Shown here: in pieces, positions 11,828 through 23,700 of the stretch
How the letters are laid out: each line of letters opens with the position of its first letter
How positions within the stretch are numbered: position 1 is the first letter of the stretch
Source: Scenedesmus sp. PABB004
Lineage: Eukaryota
Assembly: GCA_014905635.1 (NCBI GenBank)
Contig: JABVCE010000015.1
Coordinates: 620,001 to 684,000 of the forward strand
Reading direction: 5' to 3'
DNA length: 64,000 nt
Notes under the pieces: generated by a model
Database searches by the model: none
Seen by the model: only the letters and a program-made list of their open reading frames with translations
What the model was told of the DNA's origin: nothing
Position numbers and translations under genes: made by a program

Positions 11828-13235
11828 GCCCAGCGCCCCGCCCCAGCCGGCCGCCAGCGCGCTCGCCGGCGCCAGACGTGGCCCGGCGGACGCCGCCGCT
11901 GCGGCCGCGGCCGCCGAGCCGCCCGCGGCTGCCGGCGGCGCCGCGGCCGCCGCGGGCGCCGCAGCCGCCGCGGCCGCCGCGGGCGCCGCAGCCGCCGCGG
12001 CCGCCGTCGCCGCCGCGGCCGCGGCCCCCGCGCGGCCGCTGCCGCGCCAGCCGGTGCCGGCGCGGCTGCCGCCGACCGGCGACGCGCAGCTCGACGGCCT
12101 GCTGCAGCTCCGCGCGGCCGTCGACGCCGGCGGCGTGCTGGCGCAGGCCTGGCGGGGGACGCACTACTGCGCGTGGCGCCACGTGCTGTGCGCGCCGCCC
12201 GACGCGTCGGGGCGGCGCCGCGTGACCGCGGTCAACCTGACCACCGACAGCTACGAGCTGATGCTGACCGGGCACCTCCCCGCCGGCGCGGCGCTCGCCG
12301 GGCTGCGCTGGCTGACCTCGCTCGACGCGCGCACGCACCAGCTGCGCGGCCCGGTGCCGAGCGACTGGGGCGCGCCGCGCGGCGGCCTCGCCGGGCTGAC
12401 TTTACTGCGGCTCGACGGCTCCCGCCTGACCGGGCCGATCCCGCCGGGCCTGTCGCGCCTGGCCAACCTGTCGGTCCTCACGCTCTCGCGCAACCTCCTC
12501 TCGGGCACCATCCCCCGGGAGCTCGGGGCGCTGCGGGACCTCGTGTTCTTCGACGCGAGCTTCAACGCCCTGACCGGCGCGCTGCCCCCGGAGCTCGCGC
12601 GCGCGCGCCGGCTGCGCCTGGTCTACCTCGACGCCAACAGGCTCTCCGGCACGCTGCCGCCCGCGTGGGGCGCCGCCGGCGGCGGGCTCGCCAGCCTCGA
12701 GCGGCTGTACCTTGCTGAGAACGCGTTGACCGGGGAGCTGCCGGCCAGCTGGGCGGGCCTGCGCAAGCTGCAGGAGCTCAGCCTGGAGTGGAACGGCCTG
12801 GCGGGCCGCCTGCCGGCGGCCTGGGGCGCGCTGCGCGCGCTGCGGTCGCTGGTTCTGAACGACAACCGGTGAGCGGCGGGCCGCAGCTGGGGGTGGGCAC
12901 GAGGGGCGCCCGCGCGCCGCCGCTGCGTGCGCAGCCGGCTGATCCGCACCCGCCCTGCCGCGCCGCGCCGCAGCCTGTCGGGCGGCGTGCCGCCGTCGTG
13001 GGCGGCGCTGGGGCGCAGCCTGACGGGTGTGTACCTCTATGGCAACGCCGGCCTCACCGGCTGCCTGCCGGCCGAGTGGGAGGCGCCGCTGGAGGGTTCA
13101 GGGTTTGACACCGAGTTTTTCCTGCTCCAGGGCACACAGCTGCGGGGCTTCGGCGGCAACTGCAGCGCCGCGGCGCCGTCGCGCGGGGCGGCGCCGGCGC
13201 GGGGGCCGGCGCGGCGCGGCGGCGCGGCGAGCTGA
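11828..13235 (+). CDS. Third LRR module (Ala/Pro linker, LRRNT, LRRs, C-cap) with no start codon or TM of its own; probably a 3' extension or alternative end of LRR gene 2
   Basis: Acceptor GCCGCAG at 11827 with CTCAC upstream. One long exon to 12868 (YCAWRHVLC; NLLSGTIPRELGAL...), then terminal exon 12974-13235, which is nearly identical to 11405-11603. Confidence 0.75.
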
Positions 13236-13528
13236 TCGGGGACGGGGTGTGTGCGCCGCGTTCGTTAAGCAAAGGAATAACCAAAAGGCAACAGAGCAAA
13301 ATGACCGTAAGAGCGGATCATGACTGCTTAAGACCGATCGGTGTCGCAAACCATCGGTGGCACAGTCCTTGGCGCGCGGCGCCATGATGCTGGACGCTTG
13401 GGCTCAGTCCCCCACCCCCTCCCCACACGCGCGCCGCACCGGCGCTCAGACTGGACTCGCAGCCCCCCCACCCCCACCCCCGGTGCCGCCCACAACTGCG
13501 TGGCCAACATCTCAACATCAAACCAACA

Positions 13529-15085
13529 TCACTCCGGCCACTGCGCGACCGGCTGCTCCAGCCCGCCGCCGCCCGCCGCGGCCCGCGCCGCCGCGTGCGC
13601 CGCCGCGCGGCGGCGGCGCCGCGCCTCAACGACCGCGTCGGCCGCCGCCGCGAACTCGGCCGCGGCCGCGGCCGCCGCGTCGGCGCGGCGCGCGGCGACC
13701 GCGACGATGGCCCTTGCCGCCGTGGCGGGGTGCGGGGCGCAGGGGTACATCGTGCAGTGCAGCGCGGCGAGCTGCTCCAGGCTGCGCGGGCGCGGACGCG
13801 GCAGGCGCGGCGCGCGGCGGCGGCGCGGCGGGCGGGCGCGTGGGCGGCGACGGCGCGCGGGCGCGCGAGCGAGGGCCGCCCCGTCCTCGCCCCGGGCGCC
13901 GCCGCCGCCGCACCTCAGGCAGCCCCAGGTGTAGCTCACAAACGCGGCCTTGACCAGGGAGTCTTTGCGCATCAGCGCGTCCATGCGCTCAGTGCGGCGG
14001 CGCTCGGCGTCCAGGCGCCGCCGGTATGCGGCGCCGTCGTCCCCGGCGCGGGCCCGCCGCCGCCGCCGCCGCCGTCGCCGGTGCCGCCCGGCGGCGGCGC
14101 CGCGAGCTGCAGGCCGCGCAGCTCCTCGAGCAGGGGGCGCATGATGCCACCAAAGACGGCGAGGCCCCGCGCGACGCGGCGCGCCTGGCGCTCGGAGAGG
14201 TCCAGCGCCGTGACCGCCGCCTCGTGCGCCGCGGCGCTCGGCTCGGGCAGCGGCGGCCCGCCCGGGTCGTCGGCGCGGACGAACGCGAGCCGCAGCGGCA
14301 GGTCGCTGCGGCCGACCTGCGGCACGCGGCGCGGCGCGGCGCGCGGCGCGCGTTGGCCGCCGGCAACAGCCACAGCCACGGCCACAGCCACAGCCACAGC
14401 CACACACCTGATTGAGCGTGAGCAGGAGGTTCAGGTAGCGCAGCATGGTTGCCTCCAGCTCCACCAGCGGCGCCCACGCCGCGCGCGCGGCCGGAGGCGG
14501 CGGCGGCGCGCGCGCGCGCGCGAGGTGCAGCGACAGCGCGCGCACGGTCGCACCGTACTCGGCCGTGAGCGTGGCGAGCGTCATGCCCGCCGCGCCGGGG
14601 GAGGGGGCAGCGCAAAGACGCGGCGAAACAGCAGCAGCGGGTCGCCGTCGGGCGCGATGCTGCCGCGCGCGCCGAGCGGCACGGCAGGCGCGCCGCCGGG
14701 CGGCTCCCACGCGAGGCTGCCGCCCGCCAGCGCGAGCAGCGCCGCCTCGTCGTCCGCGCCCTCACCCGCGAGCGCGCCCGGCGGCACCGCCGCCGCCAGG
14801 CTGCCCTCGTGCGACGCGCCGGCGCCGTCGGCGGCCCCGCGCAGCCAGTCCAGGTTGGCCGCATACGCCTGCGCCACCGGCGGCGGTGTGCGCACGCGCG
14901 CTTGACGCGCACGGCGCGACGCGCGGGGCCGGCGGGCGCGCGGCCCCGCCCCGCGCGGCCGCCCGCGCGCGGGCGCGCACGTGGAGCAGCGCGTGGCGCT
15001 TGCGCAGCTCGTCGTTCTGGCCCTGCAGCTCCGCGGCCTCCCTGCGCTTGGCCTCCAGCAGCTCGGCCAGCTTGGCCACGCTCAT
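13529..15085 (-). CDS. Chlorophyte coiled-coil protein with a bZIP-associated/DOG1-like helical C-terminal domain; apparent frameshift near 14045-14100
   Basis: MSVAKLAELLEAKRREAAELQGQNDELRKRHALL zipper, then LDLSERQARRVARGL and SLEQLAALHCTMYPCAP, typical of algal bZIP/DOG1-like tails (recalled family resemblance). Introns are GT-AG. Confidence 0.6.
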
Positions 15086-15126
15086 CCTCAACACTGGCGC
15101 CGCCGAGGCCGGTGGCGGACTGCACT

Positions 15127-15425
15127 GGCAGCAGCGGCGACGACGCAGGCCCGCCGCGCCGCGCTGCTCACGCCGCTGGCTCCTGCGGCATGCCGATCGT
15201 GTGCAGCTGCGAAAGCGCGACGCCAAAACGGGCGCGGGCAGGCTGCAGCGGCCGCGTCTGGCCAGGGCCGACACTGCAGCAGTTGGCCGGCTGCCGGCCG
15301 GCCCAGGGCCTGCACGCGCGTCGGAGACTGCTCGGGAGCGCGGCTGCGATGCGGGGCGGCGTGGTCGCGAGCCGGGAGGCGGGCGGGCGGCGCGCCCTGC
15401 GCCGCCGCGCTGCTGCTGCCGCCGC
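15127..15425 (-). repeat. ~300-bp dispersed element, copy A, upstream of the gene starting at 15085
   Basis: Reverse-complement homolog of 41000-41299; shared segments include gctgctcacgccgctggct and ggctgcagcggccgcgtctggcca..ccgacactgcagc. Confidence 0.85.
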
Positions 15426-15734
15426 GGGGCTGGGGCCGCTGCGGCTCGTTCTCGGTTCGCGCCGCGGCGTTGTTGGCTGGGGCTCGGTCGCTTTTGCAAC
15501 ATCAAACCTCGTCTTTTCCAGCAGCCCGCGACACGTTGCCGCTCGCCGCCCGCCGCCCGAAAACGCCGCGAAACCGGATGCGCTGGAGGAATGTGTGTGT
15601 ACGATGCTCTGCCAATCACGGGCAAAAGAAAGGAGGCTGCGCTCTGACAACCCACCGCCCACACCGACGACAGTGCCCACCCACCCCGCCCGACAGTGAG
15701 CTTCAAAATTGACGCGCCCCGCGCGCGCGCGCGC

Positions 15735-18700
15735 TCAGCACACGCAGTCGCCCGTCTCGGGCACGCACTGCGGCGGCGCGGTGCAGCGCAGGGGCGGGCA
15801 CTTGACCCCCAGCAGCCGGCAGTAGTCTGCGGGCGGCGGCGGGCGGGCGGGCGGGCGCGTGAGCGCGGCGGCCGGCGGCGGCCACGGAGCAAGCGCGGGC
15901 GCGCGCCGCGCCGCCGCGCCGCCGCCAGCGGCTGCGCGCGCGGCGCCACGCACCGACCAGGTCCACCACGGCACCGCCGGCGTCGGTGCGCTGCGCGGTG
16001 AGCCCCTGCCCAAACGGCGGCAGCGCCGACAGCGCGACCGCGAGGCGCGGCGTCGCGGCGAGCAGGCGGACGGGCATGTCGCGCGGCAGCGGCGGGTCGT
16101 CGGGCAGCGCCGCGGAGAAGCGGAGGTCTCCCATGGCGCTGCCCGTCGGCGCCGTGCCGCCGAGCAGCGCGACCTCGATGCTGGCGACTGGGTAGCCGGG
16201 CGGCAGGTCGAGCGCGGCGTGCACGCCCCGCGACAGCGCGGCGAGCACCAGCGTCTTGTCGGTGCGGGTTGGCGGGAGGCTCGACGCGGGGCCGTGAACC
16301 TTGTAGTACAGCTGGACCAGGCCTGGCAGACAGAGAGAGGGCGCGGCGTAGGGAGGGCGCGGCGGTCAAGGCGTCACCCGCAGCACGGCGGCGCGGTAGG
16401 GAGGCCGCCGGCGGCGCGCGGCAGCGCGCACCTCGGCACGCGCCGGCGATGCAGCGCCCCGGGCGGTCGGCCGTGCCGCAGGCCGTGCCGTCGGGCAGGT
16501 CCGACATGGGGCAGAGCCCGGACAGCGGGTCGCACGGCGCGCCGTCGGGGACGAGGAGCTGCTTGCAGGGCTGGGGCCGGCAGAAGGGCTGGCGGCAGAG
16601 GTCTGCCGCGGCGGCGGCGGCGGGCCGCGCGAGTGAGCGTGGGCGGCTCGCCGGGAGGCGCGCGCCGCTGCCGCCGCCGCACGTGCGCGCCCGCGCGCAC
16701 GCGCCGCGCGCCCGCGCTCACCCAGGCACGCGCCGCCCTGGCAGCGGCTGCGCAGGCCGCGCACGCTGCAGTCGATGGCCGCGCCGCCGGAGACCTCGGC
16801 CGAGCAGCACTTGGGGGTCGAGTCGCAGGTGCCGGTCGCGGGGTTGCAGGCCTGCGCGCGGAGGGGCGGGCGGAGGGGCGGGCACGCTCAGCGGGCGTTG
16901 TCAGCGGGCGTGGTCAGCGGGCGCGGCCGCGCGGCGCCGCCCGCCCGGGGCGCCGGCTCACCAGCGGCACGTCGACCTTGCCGCACACGCCCGTGCCGCA
17001 CGCCGCGCCCCCGCACACGCTCGCGCAGCGGTCGGGCAGCAGCGCGCCCGCGTCGTACGCGGCCGACGCGAACGCCGCGCCGGTCGTCGCGTCGCCGCCG
17101 CCGTCGGCGCCCGGGAACGCGTCGACCGTCCCGCCGGCGAGCAGGTGCTGCGCCATGGCCAGCCCGGGGCTGGGCGCGCCGGCCCAGGCGCCCGAGAGGT
17201 AACCGGTGTATCCGGCAAACGCCGCCACGCCCTCGACGCCCCAGAACGCGCCGGCAAAGCCCCGCGCGAGGCGGCCGTCCGGCGGCGGGGCAGCGCCGGG
17301 CTTGCCGCCGCCGCCCGTGGCGCCGCCGCCGCCGCTGCCGGCCGTGCCGTTGGGCGGTGTGAAGTCACGGAAGGAGCGGTCAGCCGAGAAGAAGACCACC
17401 GTGCCGCCGCCGCCCTTGGCCGGGCCCTGGAGGGCGGCGCCGTGCTTCGCAAACCAGCTCGGCCGCAGCGCGGCGAGGCCGTCCGCGGTCAGCGCGAGCC
17501 GCCCCGCGCCGAGGTCGGGCAGGAAGCGGCCAAAGTCGAGCGGCGCGCCAGTGAGCAGCAGCGCGCTGCCGCCGTTGTCGCTGTCGTCGCCGCGGCTCGA
17601 CACGACGACGGCCGCAAAGCTGCGGCGGCAGCGGCGGCAGCGGTGAGCGCGGCAGCGGCGGCGGCGGCGGCGATGCGGCGGCTGCGGCGGCGGCGGGCGC
17701 AGCGCACCTCGTCCAGCCGACAAAGTCGTCGAGCGCCGGCGCGCCGGCGGGGCAGACGGCCGCGTCGTTGCACTTGAACGTCACGTTGAAGCCGGCCGCC
17801 GCGTAGGCCGCGGCGATGTCGGCCGCCTCGTCGGCAAAGCCCGCCGCCGCGTTCTGCGCCCAGAAAGGCGCCAGCACGAGCACGTCACCCCGCGCCTGCG
17901 CGCAGCCCCAGGACGCGCCGCCGCCGCCGCCCTGCGCCAGCCGGCGCGCGGCGCCGGCCCAGGGCGGCGGCGCGGGGCCCGCGCCGGCGGGCCGCCAGCC
18001 GGCGGCCGGCGCGCTGTGGTCGGGCGCGTGCCGATCGGGCTCCGCCGCCACGCACGGCGCCACGTGCGCCAGGACCTGCCGCCCGCCCTGCGCCGGCGGC
18101 GCGCCGAGCAGGCGCCGGCCGCCGCCGCCGCCGGCCAGTGCGGCCGGCAGGGCGAGCAGGGCGCAGCCGAGGCCCTCGAGCGTCCGAAACTCCACGCGCC
18201 GCGGCGACACCAGCCGCAGCGTCGCCGAGTTGACGCGCTGCAGCGCGGTGCTGAAGTTGGCGCGTGGGCCGCCGCCCGGCACGGGGCCCGCCGCGGGCGC
18301 GGCCGCGGGCGCCGCGACCGCCGCCGCGCCGCGCGGCGCGGCCGCCGGCGCGACGGGCGCGGGCGGCGGCACGGGCGACGCCGGCGCGGCGGGCGCGGGC
18401 GCGGGCGAGCCCATCTGCGCGGCGCGGGGGCGGGGGCGCGGGCGCGCTCGGCGGCTGTGCGCGCCGCGCGCCGAAACGCGCCCGGCACGGCTCTGCGGCG
18501 CCCGCCGTGCCGCGCCGCGCCGCGTGCCGCGCCTGCGTCCACTCGATCAGCAGGTCATACAGCGCCACGGCCGCCTCCTCGGGCGTCGCGCCGCTGCTGA
18601 CGAGGCCGTTGAGCGTCGCCTGCGCCTCGCTCACGGCCTGCTGCGTCGGCAGCACGGTGAGCAGGGAGTCGAGGTTGGTCGTGATCGCGGCGATGCCGAC

Positions 18701-20402
18701 GGGGAAGCTCTGACCCGCCGAGGCGACCGAGACGTAGAAGCTGGTGTAGACTGAGGGAGAAGGGCAGAGAGAGAGAGAGGCAGAGCGTGTGTGTAGTGGG
18801 GCGAGGGCAGAGGGAGGGCGGCGGGGCAAGGGTGGCGTGAGCGGGGCGCGGCGCGACGCGGCGGCGCGCCCATGCCTCTCCCTCCCGCTCCGCCGGCCGC
18901 GGCGGGCCGCGCCGCACCCGGCTCGTCGCTCTCGTCGAAGCTGAGGAGCACCACGTTTGAATACACGCCGTCGCCGGCGTCGCGGTCCTCGTGCGCGCGC
19001 GTGCCGTCGTCGTGCAGCGTCCCGAGCGGCCCCCCGGACACGCTGCCGTTGGCGCCGCCCGACAGGCCGTGCAGCAGCACCGTCGGCGCCGCGCCGGCGC
19101 CGCCGGGCGAGAAGCGCACCCTGAAAATGACGGGCTCGGTGGAGCCCTGCGCCGCGGCCTCGAGGTCCGCCGACAGCCCCGCGCACACGCCGCCGACGCA
19201 GGTGCCCGCGGCGATGAAGCTGTCGTTGCAGGCGCCGCCCTCGTTGGCGGGAGCGAACACGCACGCGCCGCCGACGCAGCCGCCGGTCTGGCAGGGCCCC
19301 GGCGCGCACGCGGGGTCGCAGCCTGCGGCGCGGCGCGGGTCGGGTCAGCGGCGCGACGGCGGCCGGCGCGGCCGCCCGTGCCGCCGGCCTGCGCCGCTCA
19401 CCAGCAGGTGCCGGGCTGGGGCTGGGGCTGGGGCTGGGGCTCAGGCTGGGCGAGGGCGAGGGCGAGGGCGAGGGCGAGGGCGACGCGGCAAAGCTCGCCG
19501 CGAGCTCTGCGCTCGCGCCCGCGACGCTCGCCGCGCCGCCGCTCGCCGCCGCGACGGCGTCGCACACACCGAACGCGCAAGCGCTCGCCGCCGGCGCCGC
19601 CGCCGCCGCCGCTGCGGGGGACGCGGCGTTGATTGCAGCAGCCATTATGGCGAGCTGAGCGTAGACCTTTGCGGCGTCAGCACCATAGTAGGTCAAGTTG
19701 ACCCGCACCGAGCCCGCGGTCACGCCGGCCGCGGGCGCCGCGCGCGCCGTGCAGCGCTTGTCGACGAGCTTTGCGCCCTTGCCCGCGAGGAGCTTCAGCG
19801 CGGCCTGCAGGCTGGCCGCGGCGGCGGCCGACACGCGCGCCGCGCACGCGGCGCCGCCGCCGCTGCGGTGCACGTCGTAGCTGACGGCGAGTGAGCAGCT
19901 CGGCTGCCGGTTGCGCCGGCAGCGCGCGCCCGTGGTGTTGAGGGCGCCGCCGGCGCTGACAAAGCCGGGTGGGCAGGCGAAGCAGAAGCACCGGCCCTGC
20001 CCGTGCCCCGCGGGCGGGAAGCGGAGCGACGAATTGTAGTCTGGGTGCGTGCCCGGCTTGTGGAGCACGCACGCCGGCGCCAGGGCGGGCCAGGAGGCGC
20101 TGCCCGGGTTGAGCACGTGCGAGCCGTAGCCCGCCGCGCACGCTGGCGCGGCAGCGGCAGCGGCGGGCGCGGCAGCGGCGGGCGCGGCAGCGGCGGCCGC
20201 GGGTGAGAGACCGCCGCGCCGGCGGGCGGCCGTCGCGGGGGCCTCCGACAGCCATCCCTGGCATCCCTCCCTCACCGCAGCCCGTGTCTCCTGATTTCTT
20301 GTAGCCTTTCGTGCACTTCACTGCTGCCGCGGCAGCAGCGCCTGCACAGCCGCCCCCAGCCGCCAGCGCGGCGACCAGGAGCAGAGGCAGCAGCCTGGGC
20401 AT
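15735..20402 (-). CDS. Large secreted mosaic cell-wall protein: signal peptide, Cys-rich modules, (SP)n stalk, DDG Ca-binding/anchor-X-like domain, clan-CD-protease-like domain, Cys repeats
   Basis: Signal MPRLLPLLLVAALAAGGGCAG; SPSPSPSPSPSPSLSPSPSPSP; LHDDGTRAHEDRDAGDGVYSN; RRLL processing-like motif; CDPLSGLC/CNPATGTC/CVPETGDC repeats; stop at 15735. Confidence 0.8.
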
Positions 20403-20719
20403 GCCTGCTCACTCCTGGCGGGCTGTCATGGCCCCGACGCGCCGGGAGCGCGGCGCGATGCTGCCGGAGCGCTCGACTCGGCGGGCGGCGCGCCCGAGCG
20501 AGCTGCAGGGCGCGCAAGTCGGCTGGTCGTTCCGTGGGGACGCACGGGCGGCGGAACGACGCGTCGCGGGCGGCCAGGGCGTAGCGGCACCGGCGCCGCT
20601 GGTGACGACGAGCGGGGCGGTGGAACGTCGGCCGCCGCCGCTGGGAATGGCGCTGCTACGCGGCCGCGCCGCGGTGGTTGCCCTCAAACGGTGGGGCGAG
20701 GCTCAACAACGCCTGCTCG

Positions 20720-23700
20720 TCACCCCGGCGGCGCTCCAGCCGCTCCGCCGCGCGACGGCCGACGCTCCAGCCGCTCCGCCGCGCGCAGCCGCGCGGCCTC
20801 GCCCGCCAGCAGGGCGTCCGCCTCGCTGCCGCTCAGGCCCAGAACGCGCAGAGATCTCATCAGCGAGGCGGGCTGCCAGCTCTCCGTGAAGGCGCGCGCG
20901 CGCGCCAGCGCGGCGCCGCGCTCGGCGGCGGCGTGCGTGAGCGCCGGCAGCCGGCAGCGCGCCGCGGCGTACGCCCACATCAGCTACGCGGCGGCGGCGG
21001 CGGCGGCGGCGGTGCGTGAGCAAGGCGCGGCCGCCCCGCCGGTCAGGCGCGGCCCGCCCTTCGCCCGTGTCGCGGGGCTCCGCGCCTCACGCGCCGCGCC
21101 AGGCCGCGCACCTGTGTCAGGCAGGCCGGGGCCATGCCGCCCATGCGCTCCACCGCGGCCAGGCCGAGCACCAGCAGCAGCTGCGGCGGCGCCCAGCCCG
21201 CCGCGACGCAGCTGCGCGCGAGCTTCGCGACGTCGGCGGCTCGCAGCAGCGCGACGCGCGGGTGCCGCGCGAGCAGCGCCCGCGCCTTCCCGTCGCTGTA
21301 GGCGGCGCACGCCTCGCCGCCCGCGGCGTCGGCGTCGCCGCCGTCGTCGCCGGCCCACGCCGCGGCGCCCGGCGCCGGCAGCGGCCGCAGGCGGCCGCCG
21401 CCGCGCAGGCGATAGCGCAGCTGTGCGCCGCCGCCGCCCTCGCTGGCGCCGCCGCCGTCGCCGCCGTCGCCGCCGTCGCCGGCCTCCGCGGCCGCGGCGC
21501 GGCGGTTCCAGGCCTTCTCGCGCAGCCGCTGGTGGCTCGCGGCGTGCGGCCGCGGCGCGAGCAGCGCCGCGCTGAGCGCGGCGAGCACGTCGGTGCGCGG
21601 CCGCCGCAGCGCCGCGAGCGCCCACGCGGCGCCCGCGAGCGACCGCGGGTGCAGGCGCGGCGCGGCGGCCGCGAGCTGCGCGCACAGCGCGTCGACCAGC
21701 GGCTCGTCGCGCAGGCCCAGCGCCGCCGCGGCCCACGCGAGGTGCGGCAGCTCGTGGTGCGCCACCTGGCGGCGCAGGCCCGCCGCGAGCGCGGCCGCGG
21801 CCGCGCCCATCAGCTCCGCCGGCACGGGCACGCCCAGCCGCGCCGCGGCCCACAGCAGCGACAGCGCCACGTCGGCGCGCCACGCTGCGAGGCGGCGCGG
21901 CGTGCCGTCGCGGCCGCTGCGACCGCCGTCCGGCTCGCCGGGCTCCAGCAGCCGCAGCACGCCCCCGACAAACGCGGCCGCGACGGCGCGGCCGTCGTCC
22001 CCCGCGCCGTCGCCCGGCTCCGGCGCGGCGCCAAGTGCCTCGTGCCGCTGCTGCTGCTGCTGCTCGCCGCCCGCGCAGCCCTCTTGCTCTGCGTCGCGCT
22101 CCTGCGCGCGCCGCGCCGCGACCTCACCGGCGAGGCAGCCAAAGCGCCCCGCGGCGACGAGCAGCGCTTTCAGCTGCCAGTAGGGCAGCGCCAGCACGCT
22201 GTCGCTCACGCGCGAGGCGGCGGCGCCGCCAGCGAAGTCGCCAGCGAAGTCGCCGCCGACGCCGCCGCGCGACGGGCGCAGCCAGGGCCCCAGCCCGCGC
22301 GTGAGCAGCTCGCCGGCCGCGCCGCCGTCGCGCCACGCGAGCGCAAGCACGTGCCGCAGCAGGCTCGCCTGCAGCAGGCTGATGCGGTGCAGCTGCGGCG
22401 CAACCGCGCGCACGAGCCAGCGCAGCAGCGCCTCCGGCGGCGCGTAGCCGCACTGGTGGAAGCGGTGCAACAGGAACACCGGGTCGGCCGCCGTCACCGG
22501 CAGCTGCGGGTGCCGCGCCGCCGCCGGCCGCGCCGCGCCCCGCAGCGCGGCGCCCGCGTGCGGCGCGCGTGCGCCGCCGCCGCGCGCCACGCGTGCGCAG
22601 CCTCCTCAACCTGCGCCAGCTGCTGCTGCGCGGCCGCCACGCGCGCGGCGGCGCCACCAGAGACGCGGCCGCCGCAGGCGCCCTCCTGCTCGCTGCCACC
22701 GGCGGCGCCGCAGGCTGCTGGCGCTCCAGCTCTAGCTCGCCCTGCGCCGCCGCGAGCTCGGCCGCCACCTCCACGTGCGCGCACACGAGCAGCGGCGGCA
22801 CGCCCGCCCAGCGCTGCAGCTCGTGCGGCGGCAGCTGCGCCGCGGCCGCTGCCACCTCCGCCTCGTGCTCGTGCAGCGGCGGCAGCCCCGCCGCGGCCGC
22901 CACGAGCGCCGCCGCGGCCTGCGCGAGCTGCCGCGCCGCGGGAAGGCGCCACTCGGCCGCGACGTGCAGCAGCATGGACAGCTCCTGGCAGGACATGCCG
23001 GGGAGGCGCCCCGCGAGCGCCAGCAGCAGCCCGCGCGCGACCGCGCCGCGCGGCGGCGCGGGCTGAGCTGGCAGAGGTGCCGCAGCAGCATCGCCAGGTC
23101 ATAGCACCGCGCGCCCGCGACGGCGCCGGGCGGCCGAGGCGGCGCAGCGCGGCCGCCGTGAGCGGCGCAGCGTCGACCGGGAATTGCGTGACGCCCGCCG
23201 CGCAGAAGGTGAGGTGGCACAGCCTGCGGGCGCAGCGGGCGGCGCCGGCGGGCGGCGTGGGCGCGGCGGGCGGCGTGGGCGCGGCGGGCGGCGGCGCGCC
23301 GCGCCGGGCGAGGGCAGCGCGGAGCGTGGGCGCCGGCGCGGCGGGCGCGCCGGACGCGGCGGGCGCGGCGGGCGCGGCGGGCGCGGCCGACGCGGCCTGC
23401 ACGCTCACTCTGTGATGCTGAGGTCGTCGAGCGCGGTGGGCGCGCGGCGCAGCACGCGCAGCACGTCGCGGACAAGCGGGTCGGGCGCGTAGCCGGCGTG
23501 CGCGTAGCTGTAGCACACCGCGACTGCCTCCGGCAGCGCGAGCCGCCCCTCCTACGCGTCCGCGACGGCGGCGGCCGCGGCAGCAGAGGGTGAGCGGGCA
23601 GCGCTGGGCAGTGCGCGTGCCCCCCCCCTCCCCGAGCCGGGCGCCGCCGCGCCGCGCCGCGCCGCCGCGCGATCGCACCTGCAGCCGCAGCGCCGCCTCG

